Both the position numbers and the translations under genes were made by a program. Source: Chiloscyllium plagiosum (lineage: Eukaryota). From it: a stretch of 58,003 bases of DNA. Positions 13,086 to 24,904 of the stretch are shown here, piece after piece (the first letter of the stretch is position 1; each line of letters begins with the position of its first letter). The notes beneath the pieces are model-generated. The model was given only the letters and a program-made list of their open reading frames with translations, was not told the origin of the DNA and searched no databases. The stretch is from the NCBI RefSeq assembly GCF_004010195.1, contig NC_057760.1, forward strand, positions 2,862,745-2,920,747, given 5' to 3'.

Positions 13086-13419
13086 ACAATAGAACAGGAG
13101 TGCCAGACATCTTGTTCATTCTGATGTTAACTGCTCCGCATGTTAACTGCGTAGTACCCCAATAGCCAGTCTACCAGTCCAAGTATAAGCCGTTTATTCC
13201 CATAGTCTTTTCATTCTGTTAACCAATCCTCATCCCATGCGCTCAGACTTTGCAGACTGGCCACTTGCATGGGATCTGATCAAACATCTTCAACATTCAA
13301 ATACACCTCACCCACTGGTTCCGCCTTCTGTACTCCACTAGTTACAGATTCAAAAAAATTTAAGATGATCTGTTAAAAGTGGACTTTAATAAGTCCATGT
13401 CAACCCTGTGACAGAGCAA

Positions 13420-13985
13420 TGCTCCCTCAGCACTGACCCTCTGACAGTGCGGCACTCCCTCAGCATTGATCCTTCGACGGTGCAGCACTCCCTCAGCACT
13501 GACCCTCCAACAGTGCAGCACTTCCTCAGCACTGACCCTTCGACAGTGCAGCACTTCCTCAGCACTGACCCTTCAACGGTATGGCACTCCCTCAGTACTG
13601 ACCCTCCAACAGTGCAGCACTCCCTCAGTGCTGATCCACCAACAGTGCGGCACTCCTTCAGTACTGACCCACCGACAATACAGAGCTCCCTCAGTACTGA
13701 CCCTCCGACTGCGCGGCGCTCCCTCAGCATTGACCCTCCGACAGCGCGCGCTCCCTCAGCACTGATCCTCCGACAGCACGGCGGTCCCACAGCACTGACC
13801 CTCCGACAGCGCGGTGCTCCCTCAGCTCTGACCCTCCGGTAGTGCAGTGCTCCCTCAGCACTGACCCTCCGACAGCGTGGTTCTCCCTTAGCACTGACCC
13901 TCCGACAGTGCAGTGCTCCCTCAGCACTGACCCTCCGACAGCGTGGTTCTCCCTTAGCACTGACCCTCCGACAGTGCGGCGCTCC
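13420..13985. repeat. 33-bp minisatellite (same family), interrupted by the Rex1 LINE
   Basis: The unit resumes at ~15890 after the LINE. Confidence 0.9.
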
Positions 13986-13996
13986 AGTCCAGTGCT

Positions 13997-15875
13997 GGTT
14001 GGAGGGTGCAGTAGATCAACTCCGGTGCTGTCTGGAATTGGCTGATTGGGCCGTGTTCAAACAGCCCGCAGGTACCTTGGACGAGTATGCCACCACCGTC
14101 ACAGACTTTATCAGCAAGTATGTGGAGGACTGCATACTGAGGAAGTCAATCTGGGTGTTCCCCAACAGGAAACCCTGGATGAACCAGGACATAAAGAACC
14201 TGCTAAAAACCAGGTGTGAGGCCTTCAGATCAGGAGACCCCCCCAAATATAAGGAATCCAAGTATGACCTTCACAGAGCCATTAAGACAGCCAAGGACCA
14301 ATACCGGTCCAAACTAAAAGGAGACAGTGCAAGATAGCAGATGATGATATATCCCTCCCAGATCGTCTCAACGCCTTCTATGCTCGCTTTAGCAGAATTT
14401 CGGCGGAGAGGGAACATGTATTCCGACAATTCCTGACGAACCTATCCCAATAGTCACTGCATCAGAGATCAGATTGCTTTTCCTTTGTGTGAATCCAAAG
14501 AAACCAATGGGACCAGACTGTGTACCAGGCCATGCACTCAGAGCATGCGCAGATCAACTGGCAGAGATCTTCTCGGATATCTTCAACTTCTCCCTGCAGC
14601 AGGCCACTGTCCCTGCCTGTTTCAAGAGGGTCAACATCATCCGTATGCACCATGTCTCAATGACTACCGCCCAGTGGTAGTGGTCATGAAGTGCTTTGAA
14701 AGGCTGGTCATGGCATTAAATCAACTCCAGCCTCCCCACACTCTTGACCCACTCCAGTTTGCCCTTCGGACCAACAGATCCACGTCAGATGCCATATCAC
14801 TTGCCCTTCACTCTGCCCTAGAACATCTTGACACCAAGAACAGCTACGCAAGAATCCTACTCATTGACTACAGTTCAGCCTTCAACACTATTATCCCCTC
14901 GAGACTGATTACTAAACTTAGTGATCTCAGACTAAGCCCCACACTCTGCAACTGGATCCTCAGTTTCCTGACCCACAGGCCACAATCAGTGAAGATTGGG
15001 GACAATATTTCATCCGAATCCTCAACACTGGAGCCCCTCAGGGGTGCATACTCAGCCCCCTACTGTACTCACTGTATACCCATGACTGCGTCGCCAAATA
15101 CCAGACTAATGCCATTTACAAGTTCGCTGATGACACCACCATAGTCGGTCAAATCTCAGATGGCGACGAAAGAGGTGGAAGACCTGGAAAAATCGCGCAC
15201 TGAGAATAACCTAGCTCTGAATGCCGGCAAAACCAAGGAACTCATTATTGACTTTCGGCGGGATGTTACTCATGCCCCTCTACACATTAACAGCACAGAG
15301 GTGGAACGAGTGGAGAGTGTCAAGCTCCTGGGAATGGTCATCCACAACAAGCTTTCTTGGACTCTTCATGAGAACGCACTGGTTACAAAGGCCCAACATC
15401 TCTTCTTCCTCAGGCAGCTGAGGAAATTTGGCATGATGGCAAATACCCTTGCCAACTTTTATAGGTGCGCCATCGAGAGCATTCTATCTGGATATATCAC
15501 TACCTGGATCGGAGATGGTTACAGAGAGTGGTGAACTCGGCCTGGACAATCACAAAGGCCAACCTCCCATCTATAGAATCCATCTACCAGGCCCGCTGGC
15601 AAGGAAAGGCCGCCAGCATTCTCAGATACATCCCACCCTGGCAATGTTTTTCTACAACCTCTACTATCTGGGAGAAGGTACAGAAGTCTGAACACACGCA
15701 CCAGCCGGTTTCACAACAGTTTCTACCCTGTTGTTGTTAGAATACTGAATGGACTCACAAACTCTGTGTTTTTGTTTTTGCTGCTGTTTACCTATTATTT
15801 ATTATCTATGCTATTTAACTATGTGATCTGCCTGTATTGCTTGCAAGACAAAGCCTCGGTTCAATTCAATTCAGT
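13997..15875 (+). mobile_element. Rex1/Babar-type LINE, 5'-truncated and degenerate
   Basis: [50 protein letters not shown] and LNAGKTKELIIDFRR, with a CAATT-type tail. Confidence 0.9.
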
Positions 15876-16044
15876 ACTAAACCACGGTCAGTGCGGCCCT
15901 CCCTCAGTACTGACCACCATCAACTCGGACCCACTGACAGTACAGTGCTCCCTCAGTACTGACCTGATCGCCTCCTCAGCTGTGATCCTCCAACAGTGCC
16001 CAGAGTCATACAATCATACAGTACAGAATATCTAAATGTGCTAC

Positions 16045-16390
16045 GGCTGTCCTGGAAGTGTTAAATCGAGACAGTGTAGAGGGACCTTTACTCTGCGCTG
16101 TCCCTGTCCTGGGAGTATTTGATGGACACAGTGTAGAGGAACCTTTACTCTGTATCTAACCTTGTGCTGTCCTGTCCTGGGAGTGTTTGATGGAGACAGT
16201 GTAGAGAGAGCTATACACGGTATCTAACCCGGTCTTGGGAGCGTTTGACAGGGACACTGTAGTGGGAGCTTTACTTTCAGTTTAAAAGAGTAGAGGTAGC
16301 ATGACTCTGTATCTAACCCCTGTGCTGTCCCTGGGAGTGTTTGATGGGGTCAGTGTAGTAAAAACTTTACTTTAAGTTTAAAAGTGTAGA
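16045..16390. repeat. ~65-bp dispersed tandem repeat (also at 23240-23400 inverted and at 49590-49745)
   Basis: gacagtgtagagggagctttactctgtatctaaccc..tgctgtccctgtcctgggagtgtttgatgg units. Confidence 0.75.
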
Positions 16391-18581
16391 AGAGGCCCTT
16401 CAGGTCATCAAGTCTGAAGTGCAAAAAAAAGTCTAACCATCTATACTAGTCCCTCTTTTCCACACTAAGTTCATAGTGTTGAGTTTTAAGTGTTCATTCA
16501 AGTACATCTTAAAGGTAGTTAAGATAATTTGAACTTGTGATTTGATAATGTGATTTTTAATTTTGTATACCCCAGTCCAACACCGGCATCTCCAAATCAG
16601 AATAATTTGAATCGGGGTAAAAAATATAAATCTTAAATCAACCAGATTTTACCAGTTTAGGTTCTCCCGAAGAGCAATCTAGTCTCGAAATGTTAACTTG
16701 CTCTCTCTCCGTGGATGCTGCCTGACCCGCTGTGATCTCTAGCATCTCTTGTTTTCAGTTCAGATTTCAGCATCTGCAATAATTTGCTCCTACACTAACT
16801 GATGGAGTTGGGTGGAGGATGTGGGGTTGTACCCTGTGCCTTCTGATCAGAGGGGCTACTGTCTAATAACTAAATCTGGATGAGAACAGCATCCTCAGCA
16901 GAAAGCTGGTCATGTTTTTAGCTTTAGGGAAGCTGCAAAAGACTGCAAATGGTAGTGTACAGCTGGCAGATAGTTCACCCCTGCCCTCTCACTAACCGGT
17001 CTGTGCAGTCAGTGAGAGACTGTCATAGACCAGCAACTGGATTAGCATAAACTGCACTGTAATGAGACAATCACTGTACAAATTCAGTCCCTTTCTCAAG
17101 CATCTCCTTCTGTTTTCAAACTCAGAAAGCTCCCCTGATGGCTAAGTGCAAAACTGCACACCGTGGTCAACCCTGGACCAGAGGGAACAGGAAGATTCCA
17201 TGAGGCAGTGCAGACTGTGACAGGGCCAACAGCTCATGTTGTCAGGGAAAAGGAGAAACGGAGTGGGAAGGTGAGGGGCCTGCAGCATCTCTGCCCCCAG
17301 CCGGTGACCTGAATTGGTGAGTGGACAGATGTGTGTGTGTGGGGTAGTGATGGGAGGATGATCAAGGCAGCAGGAGGTGGAAGGGCAGCGCAGGTCAGAG
17401 GGTCAGGATGCTGTTCTGGGGCTCCTATGCGGAGGATGGACATGTGAGGGAGGTATGGGGCCAGTTGGAGAGATTGGTGGGGGAGGATAGCAATATGAAG
17501 GCAATTCTAATGCTAAGCACTGTTCCTGACTTTTTTTTCAAAATGGATTTTCAATACCTCTCCTGGCACTTGTCCTGCAACGCTATACCGCTCACTCAGC
17601 GCTGACTCTCCGACAGTGTGGCGTTCCCTCAGCGCTGACTCTCCGATAGCACAACACTCCCTCAGCACCGACCTTCCAACAGTGCCATGTTCCTTCAGTG
17701 CTGAACTTCTGAATGTGCACCACTCCCCAAGTACTGACTCTTCAACAGTTCAGCACTCCCTTAGTACTGACCCTCTGACGGTGCAGCACTCCCTCAGTAC
17801 TGAACCTATGGAAGTGTGGCACTCCATCAGCACTGACCCTCTAACAATGTGGCGCTGCCTCTGCACCAACTCTCCAACAGTATGGTGCTCACAAGTTTTG
17901 AGAAGATTTGTACCTCAGTTTGAGGTTCTGGAAGTAGGTTTGTTCGCTGAGTTGGGAGTATGGTGCTCCCTCAGTAATGCAATGTCACATCATGTACTAA
18001 GTGTTAAATTTTGACACAAGGCCGCTGACTAAGATTTTAGAGGACTTCTGTCTGATGGCCTCTTGCTTTTTCCATCCTGTACAGTGTTGCCCTCATCAAT
18101 AACAGTGTTGTTGGCTCACCGTCCAAACATTTCTGACCAATTGCACTTTCAAATTCAGACACAGCTATGTGGGCAGAAATCTTCTAGTGCCTCCCAAAAC
18201 TTGCTGGTGTTGTGGTGATAGGTCAAATAGTGAAAGCTCAGAAGCTGCTGCTCATCGGGACCTTGCTGACAGTGAGGTGACAGACCACATTGTAAGTGAC
18301 TAAAAGGACAACCAGTTACTCTTAAGGGAGCAGAGTTCCACTGAGAGATTACACAGTACTGGTCAGCAAACCTTTCACGAACACCAAAAGGATTTCACAT
18401 TCCTTGTTGAAGAAAACTGCCTCCCCCCAATTTAAAACTGTTTCCTTTATTTTGCAGGAAGATTTTGTTCAACAATGCAAACAGACTTAAGTTTATTTTG
18501 GAACTTCCTGCAGGACCATCCCACCGCCCCCCCAGCCCCTTGCCCCATTTCACAAAAGGGACAATGCAATTCCCAACTCAC

Positions 18582-18651
18582 CCAACATTAGCGACAGCAA
18601 CAAAACCGTGAGCCAAACTCCTGCCTGCGGCTTGGACGCTGGCTCGCTCAT
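18582..18651 (-). CDS. IGDCC3-like: IGDCC3/protogenin-like receptor, putative exon 1 (signal peptide MSEPASKPQAGVWLTVLLLSLML+G)
   Basis: ATG at 18651, hydrophobic signal-like stretch and strong donor G|gtgagt. Phase 1 matches the exon ending at 2770 (G+AT=Asp, giving ...LML-D-GGLFSEL). Local CpG enrichment and CCAAT boxes lie upstream. Confidence 0.75.
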
Positions 18652-18699
18652 TCTGTGAATTGTAACAAACTCAGGGGTCGCACTGTGGTGTCGCCAACA

Positions 18700-19040
18700 T
18701 TATGGTCTCACTCCGACACACAGTTTCTGTGGCGGTCCGGGCGCGTAGCAGGGTGTTTTACCGTCTTTTTTTTATTTCAGTTTCCTAGAAAAGCTCAGAT
18801 TCCGTTCCCCCTGCGCTCTCCCTCACTCGCTCGCTGGCTGGCTGTCCAAGTCTGCCCACAGTTGAGGACACCCTCCCACCACCCCCACTGCTCCTTATTG
18901 TTTACTCTTCATTCACAGTCTGTCAAAAGAGAGACACTGATATATGTGTGGCAGCCAGGCAGGGGGCGAGGAAGGGAGGAAGGTTGGGGGAATAATCTCA
19001 TGAGGCTTGATAGTTGATTGGCCAATTATTGGATAGGAAT
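18700..19040 (-). promoter_or_regulatory. Putative promoter/5'UTR of the IGDCC3-like gene
   Basis: Local CpG enrichment, a TATA-like catatatc near 18945 and clustered CCAAT/ATTGG motifs (gattggccaattattgg, ~19016-19032), upstream of the signal-peptide exon. Confidence 0.45.
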
Positions 19041-19769
19041 CAGTTGGAACCAGGAGGCAATTGACTGAAAGTTAAAACACTCAAACCCTCCCTTACGCAC
19101 TAAAAGTAAAGCAAGGGTATAATTTGACACCCTGTAATGGCTTTATATTGAAAGGATGCTGATAGGAGAATGAGGATAGAGATCACTAAGTAAACAGGAT
19201 CAGGAGATGCCAAATAATTAATTCTAAAGGCACAGTGTCTCCTCACAGGCAGATTGTTAATAAAAGTGAAAGCATGTGGAACAGGTTAACAAAACTATTG
19301 GGGACAATACCTTGTGCAAGCCTGCAAGCTAATTGTGATTAGTTTGCAGACACTAGCAGCCGTCAGCTCTAAGACGTGTACTGCCACACTTTATCAGTTC
19401 TTGGGACCTGACCCCCAAAATCTCAACTGTACTAAAGAACTTCCTCAAACAATAAATACATTTAACTATTTTCTTCCTCTACCATTCTCTGAAGAAACAG
19501 GTCAGCGGAGGCCCAGTCAAACCAGAACCCCAAACAGACAACAACCTGTGTTGATAAGATGCCTTCGACAACATACACTTCACAGGAATTGATTAAACAA
19601 AATCTGACACTCAGCCAAGTGAGGAAGAAATTAGGGCAAGCACACAAGCACTTGGTCAAGTGCTTTAAGGAGGATCTGAGGGAGGTGGAAAGGTTTAAGG
19701 AGGGAATTCCAGAGGTTAGATGGCATGGCATCCAATGGTGGAGCAATGAAAATCCGGGTGGTGAAAGAT

Positions 19770-20095
19770 AATCAGAGAGTTAGATAGGGTGGACAGGGAG
19801 AGCCTTTTTCCAAGTATGGGGATGGCAAACACGAGGGGATACAACTTTAAAGTGAGGGGAGATAGGTATAAGACAGATGTCAGAGGTAGTTTCTTTACTC
19901 AGAGAATAGTAAGGGTATGGAATGCTTTGCCTGCAACGGTAGTAGATTCGCCAAGTTTAAGGGCATTTAAGTCGTCATTGGACAGGCATATGGACGTACA
20001 TGAAATAGTGTAGGTGGGATGGGCTTCAGATTAGTATGACAGGGCAGCGAAACATTGAGGGCTGAAGGGCCTGTACTCCGCTGTAATGTTCTATG
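19770..20095 (+). mobile_element. CR1-type LINE 3' fragment (subfamily also at 38625-38830 and 47230-47525)
   Basis: TRGYNFKVRGDRYKTDVRGSFFTQRIVRVWNALP. Confidence 0.8.
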
Positions 20096-23000
20096 TTGGC
20101 AGGGTATTTGCCTGTGGAAGCCAGCAGCACTAACTTTGATGCTCTCTTTGCCTGACAGTCACACCAACTCACTGTTACACATATACTGAAATTTTCACAA
20201 TGCCACATTCGCTCACTGACACTCTTAACGACATGCACAGACACTCGATGTCTCACTCACTCACAGATACTCTATGATATACACACTCACAGACACTCGA
20301 TGTCACACACACTGTGAATCTACCATGACATCCTGCCTCCAATTGTGGCCCTGTGCCAATTGCTGGAAATTGTGTTGATATTTTGGTCAATCCCAACTAC
20401 CCACTCCTCCACCCCCCTGAATCGATCTTCAGGCTCGCTTGTGTTGACATCAAGGTCGACTCCAGATAGGTACGTGTTTCCACTTGCCACGGCCGAGTCA
20501 GAGGGTGAGGGGTACACAAGTCTGACTTTGGCACAAAAATCCTGACTCCAGTGCGATAGATGCAGGGCTGCATTATTTTTGATAAGTTATTAGATCTGTT
20601 TGTCCTCCCAGGTGAATGGAAAAAGACACCCAGCCTTACTTTTAAGAAGAGTTGACATGTTCATCTTGGCCTCCTGGAGCCAGTATTTATTCCTCAGCCA
20701 ACATCTCAAGCAAACCAATGATCCAGGTCACCAGTGCATACTGTTTGTGGGTGATCACTGAACAAATTGGTTCCCAAGTCACCTACAATAAACAACAACC
20801 GCATTTCAAAAGTTATTGATTAGACATAAAGTGTTTGAAGACATGCTGAGGTTGTGAAAGGTGCTACAGAAATGTAATTCCCTTCTCTCTCCCCCACCCA
20901 TGCCAACCAACCAACCTAATTAGAAAATGAGGTTAGGTTGAGGGAGAGTGAACTACATAAAGGAAACAATTGAGTGTAAGGAAGCCTGAGTATGGTCCTT
21001 TCAGCAGCAAAACTTTCTCTTTCAATAAGAAATGAGCACAGTTCCCCCCACCTCCATCAGGATTGTTCATGTCCATTGGTGTGAAAGAAGCTGGAGTCAA
21101 GAGTGTAAAACCTTGGTAACGGCTGCAATGCAGAGAAGCAGGGAGGGGGGTGGGGGGTGTCAGTGGAGTGCTGTGCCTCTGTCACAGTCAGCAGGAGTAG
21201 TCCCTCATCCCATTAGCTGGGTAATGGCCCCGATGGCTGCGTAGGGCAAAAGATCAGAGCTCCTGTAATCTGCTATTCAGGAGCTGAACATTCTGGAGGG
21301 GAGTTCTATTGTCCCAATGTGTTTGGAGACACAGTGAGATAACACTTTGCAGTAAGCTCAATTTCTCCTTGTCACATCTGGCATTGCTGGAACTCTTTAG
21401 CAAAGTTTTGATATTGATCAAGTTGTGTGTGGATGCAAGGTTTGAGGGGGCGGATCCAACTTTATAATATAGCAACTGCCATTGTGATGGTCTCCTTCAA
21501 TACTCACGGAGCACTAGTTATGTAGCTACTTCAGTGTGGTAGAGAATCACAGGTTGAAAAGCTACACGCTGATAGATACAAAGGCGTCTGTGTAAAGCAA
21601 CATAACTCTTGATCAAAGCAAAATATTTTAAGGAGCCAGAGAAGAGGGTGGAGGAGCTGAAGGAATTGACAGAGATAGGGAGGGCTGTCAGGGGCTGGAG
21701 GAGGTTTTCAAGATAGGGATGGATGTAGAGTCAAAGGGTCTTGTGACAGGGAGTATAGGGACTGGGGGAGGTGACAGACGTAGGGAGGGATCTTGAATGG
21801 GTTACAGAGAAAAGGGATATGTAGGGCTAAAGGATGTTTCTCAGAAAAAGAGGGACTTAAAAATTAGGATGACAATACCTTAGGGAGACACAGCTACCCA
21901 CCAACTCAGACATACCCCACGGCAGTAACACAGGAACTAAGTATCAGGGTAGAAGTAGTTAGTTGTTGTGACCTAGAGTTTGAATGGTCAGTGAGATTAT
22001 GTGATCTTACAGAACAGAATTGGAGAACACTGGCATAAAACAAGATAGATCGAATGGCCTTCTGTTGTACTTGGTGACGCTGAGCTGATTCTCACTGAGT
22101 TAAAGTTCTCTCTCCTTCCTGCTGGTAACTTTGTTTGGGATTCATTTCTCTACCGAGCAGCTTATTCCAGGGACTGAATGGTTACTGTTTGTTTCAGAAT
22201 AAGGAAGAGCTGGGATAAAGTGTTATTGCTGGTATAGGTGCTTCCCGTTGACAGATCAGTGACTTCATCAGCCAGAAACTGCCAGGATCGACCTCTCGTC
22301 GATCTAGTCATCTAGTCTGTCCCAGCTCAGGCATCAACAGAAATAGCATCTTGCCCTTCTTTTCCTCCCATGAGGAAGGAATTAAACACCAGCAGGCTAC
22401 TCAAACAGTCTTGCTCTCGGCACAGACAGTCCTACCTTGTTGCAATACCTTTGGAGTGAGGCCTGCAATCCAGCACAAGAGGAGGGGGGAAAAGAAAATG
22501 AAGACACAGAACACAGGATGATTGTGATTCACGCTGATTTTCAGCTTTGGTTTAATGCAAACACAAATTTACACTGATAATTCCTCGCCCACCAACCACC
22601 CACCCCGTGACAAATTTCACAGCCATCCTAAACACTGCCCTCGAAGAAAATTTGTGCAGACAATGTTCTCTGCAGTGACAGTACAGATGCCACTGTTTGT
22701 GCGTGTTGAAGAAGTTAGTCCCACGGTAGAATGAGCGGCTGCTGGATAATGCGATAGAACTGAGTGAGTGAGATACCAGGCTGTTGGTTTCAGAGTGTCT
22801 GCATACACTCACATACTCCCAGACTGGTAGGAGACACTGCTTAATAAATAGACCAAACTGAGATGGGATCATCCATCCAGACACAAGTTGTATATACAGC
22901 AGCTCTGGTATATCTCTGGTCTCAAGATTAGATGCAGTTTTGGTATACCACTGCTCGATTTAAAACTCTCCCCCAGTCAGCTCAGGTAAGGACCCCTTAC

Positions 23001-23583
23001 AGGTACCTTTGTTGAGAGGTTAAAGGAGTGATCATCTACAACAATACAAACCTAGACTTGGTCAACACTTCCAGTAACTTTGGAAGCAAGATTATACAGA
23101 AAAGGGAAAATGAACAAAATAAAATTACCAATATACAGCAACAGAGATTGGCTTTCAAATTCAAACCTCAAAGCAGAGGCCAAACATCCAGGTTTAAGGG
23201 ATCTTTTTATCCATCAAGTTGAGGGATACTGCGCAGAAATAACCCACTCTACACTGTCCCCATCAAACACTGTCAGGATGAGGTCAGTACAGGGTTAGGA
23301 AGAGTAAAGCTCCCTCTGTGCTTTTAAACTTAAAATAAAGCTTTCTCTACATTGTCCACATCAATCATAGGGTTAGATAGAGAGTAATGCTTCCTCTATA
23401 CTATCTTGAACAGCTGGTGTGACTGCCCTTAATTTTATCTCATGGGCCGCAGTCAGCCAGCAGAGCAATTCAGTCTGCAGAGGAAAAGGACAGTCACTAC
23501 ATCATTGTTATTCCTCTCTCTACTTTACACATACCATTCATTTACCCTTCCTACCTGGGTACCATTTACCTCCTCATCAGTTA

Positions 23584-23589
23584 TTTATT
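23584..23589 (-). terminator. Putative PMF1 polyadenylation signal AATAAA
   Basis: tttatt on the + strand, downstream of the predicted stop codon. Confidence 0.5.
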
Positions 23590-23729
23590 GAGGTATGCAG
23601 GGACTTTGAGCTGGGCCGGTTCACCTCTGAAGATCACAGAATGTGAGTGAAGGTACATGAACACATCAAAAATTAGAAAATCACTTGGAATTCAACAACG
23701 GCATTCAGACACCGGCCACCTTCACTTGT

Positions 23730-23774
23730 TCAGTGTTCGTCCAACTGAAACTGACGACAGAGTTCAGTACATTG
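23730..23774 (-). CDS. PMF1: PMF1 probable terminal exon 5 (QCTELCRQFQLDEH*)
   Basis: Branch point gctaac, acceptor ttcacag, phase 0 and stop TGA, then AATAAA about 140 nt downstream. Length is similar to the short human last exon but sequence similarity is weak. Confidence 0.65.
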   Translation of the reverse strand, partial: QCTELCRQFQLDEH

Positions 23775-24632
23775 CTGTGAATCAAATACACCAGTGTTAG
23801 CAACATGACATCGAGATCCAGCCTCCGCCAAACATACACTAATATGTTCATAGATTCCCTACAGTGTGGAAGCAGACCAGTAGGCCCATCAAATTCATAC
23901 TGATCCTCCAAAGAGTATCCTTTCCAGATCCAGCCCCTTTCCCTATCCCTGTAACCCTGCATTTCCCATCACTAACCCACACATCCCTGGACACTAGGAG
24001 GCTAGAGACAATAAATAGAGCTTAATAAGTAGACTAAAGTGAGACAGCGTCATGCATCCAGACACAAGGTGTATGTACAGCAGCTCTGGTATACCTCTGG
24101 TCTCAAGATTAGATGCAGTTTTGGTATACCACTGCTCGATTTAAAACTCTCCCCCAGTCAGCTCAGCGCCTGATACAGACAGTGAGCCAATTCAATGATA
24201 CAAAGGTAAGGACCCTTTACAGGTACCTTTGTTGAGAGGTTAAAGGAGTGATCAACTACAACAATACAAACCTAGACTTGGTCAACACTTCCAGTAACTT
24301 TGAAAGCAAGATTATACAGAAAGGAGCAGAACTACAGAGAAAATGAACAAAAGGGACACTACAGGGTAATTTAGCTCAGCTGATCCATCTAACCTGCCTA
24401 TTTTGGCACGTGGGAGGAAACCGGAGCACCCAATGAAAACCTATGCAGACACAGGCAGAATGTGCAACCACCACACAGACAGTCATCAGAGGCTGGAATC
24501 GAACCTAGGTTCCAGGTGCTGTGAGGCAGCAGTGCTAACCATTGAGCCAACATGCCATCTTGTTCGTGGAAGATCTACACTCATGATTCAAGACAGCAGT
24601 GAGCTGCGCTGCTGTTTATTAGTATTCCATAC

Positions 24633-24828
24633 CTGCCAACGCTGACATTGCTCGTCTCGCACTCGCACCAACGATTCGACCCTGCTCCTGCCCTCGAGGA
24701 CTGACTGTGCCAGAGCTGCATTCTCCTCCTTTGCCCTCTTCAGTTTCAGACGCAGGTAATCACGCTGTTGCAACAGGTATGGCACCAGGTGCGTCCGTAG
24801 GTCCACAGCTGGGGAGCCTGTGGGACGC
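24633..24828 (-). CDS. PMF1: PMF1 exon 4
   Basis: tttcag|GCGTCCC...TGGCAG|gtatg, 196 bp. RPTGSPAVDLRTHLVPYLLQQRDYLRLKLKRAKEENAALAQSVLEGRSRVESL resembles human RPSGIPEKDLHSVMAPYFLQQRDTL...ENQQLADAVLAGRRQVEEL. Confidence 0.94.
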
Positions 24829-24904
24829 CTGAAATTCAGCAACAGGGGCTTCATTTAGCAGGTGACATACTACATCAGTCCCACACACACCGATATCCAC
24901 ATTA

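Noticed and set aside
20320-20570. Unique-sequence minus-strand ORF (YPSPSDSAVASGNTY...) between PMF1 and the Ig gene
   Set aside because: No recognisable homology, no Gla motif and no convincing exon partners.
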